Source: Coniocarpon cinnabarinum (Eukaryota). Taken from it: a stretch of 64,000 nucleotides of DNA. Positions 37,353 through 47,928 of the stretch are shown in pieces. The stretch's first letter is position 1, and every line of letters begins with the position of its first letter. The stretch lies in NCBI GenBank assembly GCA_051942205.1, contig JAVECO010000004.1, forward strand, positions 124,001 through 188,000, read 5' to 3'. The notes under the pieces are model-generated. The model ran no database searches and was not told where the DNA came from. It saw only the letters and a list, made by a program, of their open reading frames with translations. The translations under genes and the position numbers were made by a program.

Positions 37353-38911
37353 ATGGGTGATGTTTCTAACCTGGTCAACCAAATCGCCCAAGTGGAGAAA
37401 GATGTATTCGTGGACAAACCCGGTGCCAGAGCGCAACTCATGGTTTTGGCCAATTCTCTTGCAAGCTCGTTAGAAACACCCAGCGAGAAGATCTCAAGAA
37501 TTGGATGGGCAGAGGTAAAAGCTCCACGAATGCTAGCTCTGATAATCTCAAATTAATGTACTGCTGTCCAGCCTGCTCGCTTCGCATGCCTGCGCCTGGC
37601 TGTAGATCATGGTATTTTTGAAAAATTAGGGTCTGAGCAGGGCAACTTTTCTGCTGCTGATCTGGCTGCCCCGGCGAAGGCAGATCCTATACTCATAGGT
37701 CAGCTATTTGTGCTATCCGTGGCTCATCTTGACACCAACTAAACTGCTTCAGCACGTATCATGAAGCATCTAGTTGCCATGGACGTTGTTGAGGAGGTTG
37801 GAGCTGACCAGTATCATGGAACAAAGGCGACTGCCGCCTTCACTCAGCCCCAATACCGTGACGGTCTCATTTATTGGTGCGTAGTTGTATCTGTCATGGT
37901 ACATATGCATCAGAGAAGAATGCTGAAAGTTCACAATGCAGTTACGATGTCGCAGGTCCGTCGTTTCGTGGAATGCCCAATTACCTCAAGAAGATCAACT
38001 ATGCGCATCCCAACAAGCTCGATGACGGGCCTTTCCAGTACGCACATAACACAGATGTACCATTCTTTGCTTGGCTTGGGAACAATCCGCAGTACCTGGA
38101 AATTTTTAACAACTACATGGCGGGGTATCGTCAAGGCAAACCCAGCTGGACTAGACCAGGTATGTCGGCAGTCGAGAATGCTCAAATTTAAAGGCCGTAA
38201 GGAGCTGGCATTAGCCAACGCGATTGGCCTAGAGTAATGTCTGGTCAAGAGCATGGATGACTCGATGATTGCGCAGATTTCTTCCCAATAGCGGAACGCT
38301 TGGGCGTCGAGCATGGCTATCCCACAGGCACCAGTGGCGCACTCATTGTAGATGTGGGAGGAGGTATGGGTCACGATCTTCAAGAATTCCAAGCTCAGGC
38401 TGCGCACCTGTCTGGGAAGCGTGTACTTCAGGAGCGTCCGGAAGTACTGCAGCAAATCAAGAATGACTTACCGGGCGTCGAGCTCATGGAGCATGACTTC
38501 TTCAAAGAACAGCCTGTAAAAGGTATACCTTGAGATTCCTTTCTCCTGAAATGTCTGGAGTGGTAAAGAGCCTAGGTTCGTTGACGTGATACAGGTGCGA
38601 GAGCATATTACATGCATTCTGTTCTCCATGATTGGCAGGATGATCAGTGTCGCCAGATCTTGAACCAGCTACGCCCGGCAATGACAGCCAACTTCTCTAA
38701 ATTGCTCATCAATGAGCTCATCGTGCCAGACTCAGGTGCTGCATGGCATACGACATCCATGGACTGGTTGATGATGGCACTCGGCGCCGTTCGCGAAAGG
38801 ACGAAGTCGGATTGGGTGAATCTGTTGGACTCCGCAGGTTTCTCCGTCGTCAAGATTTGGACATATGAGCAAGGCACTGAGAGTCTAATTGAGGCTGAGC
38901 TCAAGAAATAG
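37353..38911 (+). CDS. SAM-dependent O-methyltransferase (Methyltransf_2 type), multi-exon
   Basis: LIVDVGGGMGHDL, VLQERPEV, MEHDFFKEQPVKG, YYMHSVLHDWQD and AVRERTKSDW, with several GT-AG introns. Confidence 0.9.
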
Positions 38912-39462
38912 ATGAGCAATCATAAAGTGGTGGGTGTAGAGACGCGCAAATGACTCGCTGTCCCATCTGATGCATTGAGGCGTGCTAGACAACGTAAGCC
39001 ATAGACACCTTATGTGCCTGAAACAGCTTGTTGCAAATCACAGGCGTGAACTTATCAGCCACAGCACTTGAAACTTGATACCATCAGGACGCTCAACCCA
39101 TACTATAGTATCCTTGGACCAGAGACCACAAGAGCTGACATGCCATCGCCTTTAACTCACCACAGGCATGAGCATTGCGTTCTCCCCGGATTGCGATCAT
39201 GTGAAAAACATGCAGTGACTGCCACGCACTCATCTCGAAATCAATACGAGACCCGTGACAAGTCGGTATATCCTCAAACACGGCCCCTTTCTCCAAATCT
39301 TGTCGTAGGAAGTCAACGCCACTCAGACTCCTGACACGCCTCAAGAAGTTCTTCCAGAAACGAAACAGGATTCCGAGGTGAGCCGGAGAAGACGCGTGCG
39401 ATTGGGACGCGTGACGTACGTCTAATTTGCAGTTCTTGGCACGCACGGACCATGCTATTGTG

Positions 39463-39468
39463 TATATA
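39463..39468 (+). promoter_or_regulatory. TATA box of U1 snRNA copy B
   Basis: TATATA about 50 nt upstream of ATACTTACCT, followed by a pyrimidine tract as in copy A. Confidence 0.55.
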
Positions 39469-39517
39469 GTCCGTCCCTTCGCTCCTAACTTCTTCCTTCT
39501 TCCTTTTTTCTCTTTTC

Positions 39518-39750
39518 ATACTTACCTTGGTACGTTTTGTCCCCTCCCTGTCCCAATTCAGATTCGCCCCCAATGCGGACTAGTTCGAGCGCTTGCCCGC
39601 CCTATATTAACTTACCCGTTTAGAGAAGAAACAGCTGCTCACGAATAGTTGTCTTCTGCGTCGGTGGCCTGCCTTGCACATCGCGGTGCTGTCGGCGTAT
39701 GTCTCTCCTTCTGGGGGCGACATTCTCGGAATTTTTGCTGGCATTATCTC
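39518..39750 (+). ncRNA. U1: Variant U1 snRNA (copy B) interrupted by a spliceosomal intron at 39530-39623
   Basis: Exon 1 ATACTTACCTTG; intron GTACGT...TATTAAC...TAG. Exon 2 supplies helix H (TTGAGAA/TTCTCGG after splicing), SL1 loop GCTCACGAAT, SL2 loop CTTGCACATC, SL3 and Sm site AATTTTTG at 39730-39737. Confidence 0.85.
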
Positions 39751-40249
39751 CTTTCTTCGCTGTACTGCTCTTTGAGAGCGGGCTTTGCAAGAAGGGCTAC
39801 CTTTTTAGAGAAGTCACGTTGCTTTCGCAGAAGATGTCTATTTGAATTACTTTCTTTAACCTATCAATACGTTGCCCGCAAAGCTTGCATTAATTATGAA
39901 GTGCTATTTGCCCTAGCCTCCTTGAACGCTTATAAAAGGATTGCTGGCCTACGTTAATTCTCATGAAGTGTGGTCGAACTCAACGGAGGTAATGTTTGGA
40001 ACCATTTCTGTTCCGCCCAACTCACGTGACCCAAACAGTAACCAGGATCCTGCCTCCCGCGATCGTGACACAAGCTGGCAGTATACAGTAATCTGTCTTA
40101 GGGCGCTATCACCAGCTGCACTGAATCGCAAACGCCGAGATCATGGGGACTATAAACAAAAACGATGGCATCCACGTTTTTTTCCTTGTTCTTCACTTGA
40201 TCGAATTGCTGCTCGTTAAGGTACTCAGATCGTATTTATCCCCTTACCA

Positions 40250-43050
40250 ATGGTTAGAAATCTCCGTGTTCTGGACGATGAGGCCCTTAAAGATCTAAAA
40301 TCTGCCACCTGGGGTAGGAGCAAGAAATCCTTATTAGCAAGCACAGAGAAAAGATATAGCGATGCCCAAAGGGACTGGCTTCGGTTAGTGTGTGTGTGCA
40401 CTTAGAACGTACCAGGTTCTGACCGTGTGAAGCTTTCTTGGTGCCTTGGGATATTCGAGACATGGCGCGGCCTCCACACTTTGCGACGGCGCGCCTCTAC
40501 CCCTGCCAAACCTCGTGAAACAGTACCTCAAATGGTATACGAAAACGGCTGTTGGCATCATTGATAAAGAAAAGAAAGTGCCAACGCAGAATACTGTGGA
40601 GCATGCTTCTCACACCTTGACAACTATGTTACAACGGGAAACTGGAAACAAGTATAATCAGGTGCAAATAAATGACTTTATCGAGGTGAGTACCTGGCTC
40701 TTTGAGAGTGGGCGATGCTCACTTCTCCCTCTAGTTTATCCGCGACGATCTACGAAGAGAATGCGGCGTAAAACATGTAACCAAGCCGAAAAGATATGCC
40801 GACGAGGTTGATCTTAAAATTATGCTCGATCAGCTTTGGTGTAGGGATCTAGATGAGGTTTCTAATGGAAGGAATCGAATACAGCTTGCTTTGTTATTAC
40901 AAATAAGCTGTTTCCTCGCGAATCGACCTGGTGCCATCCTGCCAACGACCTCGTACCCTGCTGTTACTCTACAGTACAAGGTAATTACGAGCCTCTTGAT
41001 GTTAAGTAACGTACTGACCAAGAAAGCATGCGCGACTTTTATGCGCTAGAGAGGCCGACTCTTGTAAGCTTTTCCTTCGCATTTCCCAAGATAACTTGAA
41101 AGGCAAAAAAAGAAGCAGTGAATGGTAAGCAAGCTTGAGGCCAGACTCTCTGCGGCTGCTAAGGAGTGATTAGCGTTGATATAATAGTCGCTGAAAAGTC
41201 TAATATTCACTATTGTCCAGTGACGTTGTTTCTGGCATTAGCCTTCGCAGACAAAGTATACAAGAACGTTTCAAATCTGCAACAGCTGCTCGACAAGTGC
41301 CAATCAGTGCAAGCAGGACAGTGTCGAGAAATTCCGCTCAAGTCGGACAAAGGCGAATGCGCTATCTTCAAAACCCCGAGCGAAAACGATGCATGGGGTC
41401 GTGGTCTCAAAAGTGTTAGCATACGTGCAGGCTATAGTGGTTACCACCGACCGTATTCTATTCGTTTTGGGTCAGCGAATCGACTACACGGTAAGACGAC
41501 CCTGCACGATCTTGTGACACAGGCGCTAATGATGACCAGAAACGCACTCAGGTGAGGCTGCGGATCGACAATTGGGCCACGTTCGAGGCTCTAACACGTT
41601 TGCTAAGCATTATGCGGACTCGTTGATACCATGTGATCTACAAGCTCACATGAGCGGCGAAAAAGGTTTCTCAGATCTTGCTTTATTCCGAAGAGTGCAG
41701 CGTCGCATTCAAATGCCTGTTCACTTGCCTTCGCGGTATTTACAGTCAATCAACACTGACCCCGAGGTGCTCAGTCTAGAGGGGGAGGCGCGTTACCAGG
41801 CCCGGGACAAATTAGTTCAGGCTTCTTGGATACACTTGTGTGCGCAGTGGGACGAGGGTGACACTTACGTCGATTCGCTCGGCAAGAAGCTAGCTCGGGA
41901 AGCCCTACCTCGATCCATTGAACGATATGGCGATTTGCGACAACGAGCCACTCGAGCAGCAATTTTGCACCAGTATGATATGGGCCGCAACAAGATAAGT
42001 CACGCGTTTTCCTCTGGCTGCAACGGCTCCAGAGATACTGCTGTGCTTGACGCTCTGATTGAACTTGCGACTCAGGCCAAGCCTCCCCCTTTTTTTTTCG
42101 AAGGTGATAGCCAGATTGAACACTTCTGCAAAAGACCTAGCAAGTGCAGAGATGTAGGAGAATGCGTTCACATGGATACTCGCGTGAGGAGAATTGATGA
42201 GGCGAAAGCGAACGGCCGCTGTGTACCTGAGTTTTGCAGGAGATGCGACGAATGGTTCTCCACCGGAAAGGATTTTGAAGCACATTTGCAAGCACACTTT
42301 GAAGCTGAAGATCCGTTCTGCGGCATGATTAAAATGCGAGGCTTGATGGTTACCGGTGCCCGGTGTCCATTTTGTATGTCGTCTGCGCAACTAACATGGC
42401 GACATCGTATGGCCGAGTTCGGAGACAAACGTTCGCTACTGAGGCATCTATGCACTCATGTGGAGGCACATGACAAAGAGTCTCCCATCAAATGTCCTCA
42501 TCCTGCCTGCTCGTTGGCAGCCGACATGTCTTGCCGAGAAGACCTCTTACACCACCTGTACGATACGCATAGCCTGATTGAGGTTCACGAGCTGCTCAAT
42601 GAACGCCCAAAAGCGTATATCAGGGACATTATTGCACGGAGTGTCAAAGAAGTTCAAGAACAGGAGAGCGCAAGAGATGGTTTCGTCTTGGATGATTTGA
42701 GCTGCGACCCAAAGCTCCCTTGCACCAGCTTCGGTCACAAGACATGGAAGTTCAAAGAAGAGCGACCATGGGCTCCAGAATTTGAGGAGGAGCTTCGTTC
42801 GGCCACAGCACTCGCTAAGGCAGATGGAAAGAGCGCCGGACATAAGTTTATCTTGGATGATTCAAGCTATGACCCAAGTCTCGCCCACACCAGCTTCCGC
42901 CTAGCTCAGACCCAAAAAGCGCAGCCCAAAAAGGTGACAGGGTCAAAGAAAGGAAGCCCTCGAAAGAGAAGGAAAGGGTTTCACGATCTCAACGTCTTAG
43001 ATTATGAAAAGCTGTTACATGAGCAGGAGATGCTATTGACTAGAGCTTAG
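40250..43050 (+). CDS. Starship captain tyrosine recombinase (DUF3435) with C-terminal Cys/His zinc-finger region
   Basis: Six exons assemble by hand without stops. Motifs RNRIQLALLLQISCFLANRPGAI, NLKGK, HYCPVTLFLALAFAD, RPYSIRFG, QLGHVRGSNTFAKHY, then FCRRCDEWF...H...H, RCPFC and KCPHPAC...HHLYDTH. Confidence 0.88.
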
Positions 43051-43182
43051 TGAGGTGTGAAAAGTATTTTGGGTGCTGGCTTGTATCTATTTGTATGTCT
43101 AGCCAATGGAGCTTTGGAGCAGGTTGTTCTCTAACGCGACTCTATTCCAGAGAGGTTAGATCATTCAAAAGCCATGGAGGTC

Positions 43183-43268
43183 TAACGTCCGTCCCTGTGT
43201 AGCGAGACGCCCTGCGTGGCGAGCCACACCCCTCTTCGAGGCTCGGGCAGCTTCGCTGTGGCGGTGCA
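43183..43268 (+). repeat. 86-bp inverted repeat, left copy
   Basis: Reverse complement of 45380-45465 with 2 mismatches. Confidence 0.95.
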
Positions 43269-43475
43269 CACATGCGTTGTTCCATATCTTAAGATTCAAG
43301 CTAAGTTACCTCATTCACTCGTAAGCCTCTAGTCTACTAGAAGAAGCACATAAAGACTGCGGTAGACGACTTATACCGTGATCTCGCTCCCAAGTCGTAG
43401 CGTCTGTCATACTGCCACTGTGGGTAGTCTTACCACGTCTCAAGACTACCAATACACATTTGTGCTACGTAGTTG

Positions 43476-45120
43476 TCAAGCTTGCTTGTTACGAGGTAGG
43501 TTAATGATTTGTTGAGAATCGTCTCGCTGCTGTGCCAACTGCTTTGCACTGTCTTCTCGCTGCTGCGCTAACTGCTCTATCAGCTGAGACATCTGTTTTG
43601 TACTGTCCTCTCGCTGCTGCGCCAGCTGCTTTGCACTGTCTTCTCGCTGCTGTGCCAACTCTTCTCGCTGCTGCGCCAACTGCTCCATCAGCTGAGACAT
43701 CTGTTTTGTACTGTCCTCTCGCTGCTGCGCCAGCTGCTCTATTAGCTGAGACACCTCAGTTCGCACGCGCTTGCGCCCTCCATCGGATGAGTCAGCGTCT
43801 GACTGGTCCTGCGAGTTGACGTCTCCAGCTCCTGCTTCAGAAGATTGAGCAAGCACCGCGACCGCTTCTCGAATACGTGATAAATGGCGTGGTGCGAAGC
43901 CCTCGTACACGTTGCAGACAAAGTTGTAAGAAATAAGGTGCCCGCTTCCATTTTCTTCCTCAAGATCTAGACTCCGGATTATGCGGCGGTAATAGTGTAG
44001 CTCTTTTGTTAACGTTGCGTCTCCACATATGGCAAAGTGACTGTATAGAGCGACTTGGTAGGGGTCGTAGGAGATCGAGAATACAAGTGTACGACCATCT
44101 AAGTCATCTCGCATCTTCGATGATCGCTATCCATAAGCGCGCTCGTATAGCCGGAAGATCGCCCGCACTAAGATAGCTGCGCTATGCAGGTTTTGACCGT
44201 TTGCTACGTCTAGTCCAATTTGGCTAGATTTTGCTTCGCAAGTAAGAAAGGGGAAGCAGATGTTAGCCGTAAAGTAGCTTGGATAGTCTGGTGAGGCATA
44301 ATTTCGCAGTATCTTATTTTTATCCTAAGAGAACGCTAAAGGTATTAAACCAACGGTCAAGTCTGGTTTTGGACGTGTCGATCCCATTGTCTCACAGCGG
44401 CTCTATTCTGCGTTTATCTCTTCTCCTAGCCTATGAACACCTTCTTCTCCCTAGAGACGGAGAATCTTAGGCGACGGAACTAACTATAGAGTAATGTCGC
44501 GCTAAAGACGTAACTTATTAAGATGTTGCACACAATCTAGTATATCTAGAAATTTGTTATATGGAATGCTTACATAGCGAACGACTTTAAAACGTTGTTG
44601 AAGCAATTCCTGACAAAAGTCGTAACTTTTAGTTTAGAGAAGAGAGTCCCTATCGTGATCGTGAATGCGATTCCGTGCGAATTCTTGATACTTCTCCGCC
44701 TAATGGGCTGAAGAAGAATGACTACTGCTCTCATCCCGCTTTTTCGATGGACGAGGCATCTCTAATGGTTCTTGCAATAGCTGAGGCCAGGTGTTGGTTT
44801 CGACCTAATAGGAAAGACGATCTTCTAGGGCTGCGTAATACCTAGTCTCTTGAGATTCGATGCGCTGTCTTTTGGGAGTAGACAGAGATGCTTTATACGA
44901 CTAAGTGTCAAACGATTGCTTCCGTTTGCTGTGTCGTGGAGAGGCTTGGGTAGAAGGGGTGGGCAGATGGGTCGGGTGGGCGTTTGCGCAAGAGACGGTC
45001 ATAGCGTTTGCACAGGAGACGGTGGTAGCGTTTGTACGAGAGACAGACGGGCTTTTGCTCCAAAGAAATTGCTAAAATGTGTTTGCAGGTAAGCTGCTGG
45101 ATAAGAACAATGAAATATGT
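43476..45120 (-). pseudogene. RIP-damaged PD-(D/E)xK-like (DUF7924-like) gene with C-terminal QLAQQREDS coiled-coil repeats
   Basis: Remnant motifs PKPDL, ICFPFLTCEAKS...GLDVANGQNLHS and VFSISYD. Many TAA/TAG stops and TpA-rich sequence at about 44120-44900. Start uncertain. Confidence 0.7.
43515..43750 (-). repeat. Coding tandem repeats encoding (SQLIE)QLAQQREDS(A/T)K
   Basis: TCTCGCTGCTG(C/T)GC-type unit repeated about 6 times. Confidence 0.9.
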
Positions 45121-45379
45121 CAAGGGCCCGGAATCTACAAAGACAATGGGTGGTGGAGTCCGGTTAGAGGGGCGTCATATCTAGACGAAACACACTAAAC
45201 TACTTTTGTCATTAGTGAATCTCATAGCGGTTGCCAAAGGTCCTGACGTTTCACTTAGCAAGCTAACTGGCTATTGCGGTTTAAAAAGTGATGCAGGTAT
45301 AACAGTTTATCGTTTGCACAAACGATCAAGCTCAGGCGTCGAAGATTGGCTCTGTCTTTGATAGATGTAGGCAGGTGTA

Positions 45380-45465
45380 TGCACCGCCACAGCGGAGCTG
45401 CCCGAGTCTCGAAGAGGGGTGTGGCTCGCCACGCAGGGCGTCTCGCTACACAGGGACGGACGTTA
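45380..45465 (-). repeat. 86-bp inverted repeat, right copy
   Basis: 84/86 identical to the reverse complement of 43183-43268. Confidence 0.95.
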
Positions 45466-45491
45466 ACTCCCTCACTACATGCTATCTATTA

Positions 45492-46937
45492 TCACTCCCT
45501 CTGGGACTTACTGGCTCTTTCGTCTGCAACGAACGACGTCGGGGGTGTCTCGGTGATAGAACTGGCCGAGCGAGACTTCTTCCAGTGCGCAGGAGTGGGA
45601 CTCAAGTCTGCAAGCGCATCCCTGATGATCACTTGCCTCACATTCACTCCATAGTCCAACACGTTCTTCATGACGTTCCTGCAGTTTTGGATGTCTGGCC
45701 GCTTCGGTCCATTCAAGAAAGAGACGTCGCTGAACTTCGACATTATATAGCGGTTTTTTTTTTCAGAGTACCATACAATATAGAACACGGCGGCTCGTGG
45801 CGAGACGGCTCCGGTGAAAGCGACGGCGTCGGTAGTTTTGCGGGCTTTAGCGGGAGCAGCCTCTTCGAGTAGCCAGCGCAGTGAGCTAACACTATGGACA
45901 CCACTGCCCACAGCCTGGTTCTCGGCAGCGTATAGAACTCCGCCTGTAGCTTCGGATTTGACCTCGAACATTAGGAATGGGAATATATTCTCTCTGGTGG
46001 GCTGCGCGTAGGGCTGTGCATTCCGATGGTCGACGACGGCCATCTCCCTATCCGTCCAGTCGGACATGCGGGAAAGAGGATAACCGTAATGGCGATCTGG
46101 CTTTGGTGCGGAGAGCTGGTGCGGGTATTCCGGGTTTGATGGCAGGGCATTGGTCGTCCATTGAATGTTACGTCCTTCAGAGATGTGGCGGCGGTCCATT
46201 GGAAATGCTTTGGTTCCGATAATGTCTGATGCTTTCCCTTCGGCGAAATCCATGAGCTCGACGGCTTTGTCCACCACCTCAAAGACCTCTGCATCGGTCA
46301 GAGGCGGAGAGTCTCGCCCTTTCAGAATATGTTTGTCCAGCAGCTCTTGTATCTCGTCTTCGATTTCCCTTCCCGAGAGGTCTAGTGTGATATTGTTGCG
46401 GTGGATCAGGGACCGGTATAATGGGTCAGATGTACCTGGTCTCGTATATTGACTGGAAGCGGCAGACGCAGGTCGCTGCCGATTCGCTTGCGACATTCCG
46501 ATCTGCGCGAGTGTTGCGCTGGCAAGCTCACTGGGCTGGATGAAGGAGTTCTGGGCCTCGATGCTGAGAAGACGTGGCGGTGCACTCTGCGGGCGGAGGA
46601 ACGTGGCGCGCTCTGGACGAGGGAGATGCGAAAGCCACTGGTGTACGGTCGATGAGAGAGGAGAAATTGGAGACTGTGACAAGCGTTGTTTCTTTGCCGG
46701 AGCATCGCCCGGACGAGTATCTTCGAAGACTCCCTTGCGCTTGCACGCTGGCTGCGATGGAGCTTCGCTATGATGGATGCTTGGGTGAAAGGAAGCGTTC
46801 TCCGACGGATCTGGCGATAGTCGTGGCAATAGTAACGACGATAGCCGACGATGCTTCCTCTTGGAGGGGTTATCGCAGGCAGAATCAAAATGATCAAGAG
46901 AGCGTTTGAGCGAACGCATAGGCTTTGGAGAATGCAT
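45492..46937 (-). CDS. Intact PD-(D/E)xK-like (DUF7924-like) protein
   Basis: 481-aa intronless ORF with LSAPKPDRHYGY, IFPFLMFEVKSE and AAENQA motifs, and an NLS-rich N-terminus. Confidence 0.75.
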   Translation of the reverse strand: MHSPKPMRSLKRSLDHFDSACDNPSKRKHRRLSSLLLPRLSPDPSENASFHPSIHHSEAPSQPACKRKGVFEDTRPGDAPAKKQRLSQSPISPLSSTVHQWLSHLPRPERATFLRPQSAPPRLLSIEAQNSFIQPSELASATLAQIGMSQANRQRPASAASSQYTRPGTSDPLYRSLIHRNNITLDLSGREIEDEIQELLDKHILKGRDSPPLTDAEVFEVVDKAVELMDFAEGKASDIIGTKAFPMDRRHISEGRNIQWTTNALPSNPEYPHQLSAPKPDRHYGYPLSRMSDWTDREMAVVDHRNAQPYAQPTRENIFPFLMFEVKSEATGGVLYAAENQAVGSGVHSVSSLRWLLEEAAPAKARKTTDAVAFTGAVSPRAAVFYIVWYSEKKNRYIMSKFSDVSFLNGPKRPDIQNCRNVMKNVLDYGVNVRQVIIRDALADLSPTPAHWKKSRSASSITETPPTSFVADERASKSQRE

Positions 46938-47928
46938 ATCGAGGGAAGGTGGAGAAAGATAAGGAAGAGACGGAATTTAGGGAAAGGAAATGAAAGAGGA
47001 AAGCATTAAGGCGCGCGACAGCGGTTGCGGGGTCGATTGGCTGCTGTCTAAAGTTCGCATTCTGAGCCGCTGCGTCTTGGCTGTGCAACTGCAAAGCGCA
47101 TGCATGGTTCAAAGGCAGCCCCTGCATGAAACGTTCATTCTCGAGGCGAGGACACAAGCTTTCATTCATGAGCGCTACATACTCGGTACTGCTCCGCCGA
47201 CTGTATACATACTGTACCCCAGCATCGCGTGCCGTTGTCACCCGCCTCTGCCGCAGGCTCGCGGTACGCTCACGCTTCGACAAGAGAAGCCAGGCAATCA
47301 AATTCGAGGTTTTGTTGCTAGCTTAGCGTACAATCTTCGATATATCTGTAAAAAACGATAGGCTTGCCTTCTTCTACAGGGTCGATGTCTTCGGATAGGC
47401 CAGTTTTTTCTGTTGGTTCTTATCGTGACACCGCAGATTTGTATGAGAGAGCTCGCACCAGCAACGCAGAAAAGAGCCTCCCATCGTGCAAAGACACTGT
47501 AGGCTAGAAGCAACGGAAGGATCATCAGCCTCCCGTGCTGCTCATACGCTCCCGTTGGCAACCCTATCTAGAAGTGGAAAGGGAGAATCTCATTGCTTAG
47601 TCTATGGGTTATCTCTTCGCAACGGTTATATCATACTTGCTTTGTATCCCTTCAGAGGCGTCTTCTGGTGCGCGTGCGCCCAAGGCTTGCAGTCACCTCG
47701 TGCAAAGATCGTAAAGCTGGTATGTCAGACATGGATGCCCACACGCGCCGCCACACCACAGGCTTAGTTGATCAAAGATCCGGAGCTGCGCCAAATGTAA
47801 TGACGTCACTCCAGTCCCAACTACCTGCCTATCCCTAGACATGACGCAATCCTCCCCCATACATGCCCTAGATGTGCAACACCGTACCCCAGCCGCAGGA
47901 CATATCGCGAGCAAGTTGTGACGATAGT

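Noticed and set aside
32683..38911. Secondary-metabolite gene cluster (Zn2Cys6 factor plus O-methyltransferase)
   Set aside because: No PKS, NRPS, terpene synthase or transporter in the window.
36816..38973. GCTGT(C)CCATCTGATGC direct repeat flanking the O-methyltransferase, as an insertion scar
   Set aside because: Only about 16 bp with an indel and no other mobile-element signal; may be chance.
43183..43268. HDV-like, hammerhead or twister ribozyme, or a tRNA, in the inverted repeat
   Set aside because: No hammerhead CTGANGA/GAAA core, no convincing nested double pseudoknot and no cloverleaf found by eye. A covariance search is still needed.
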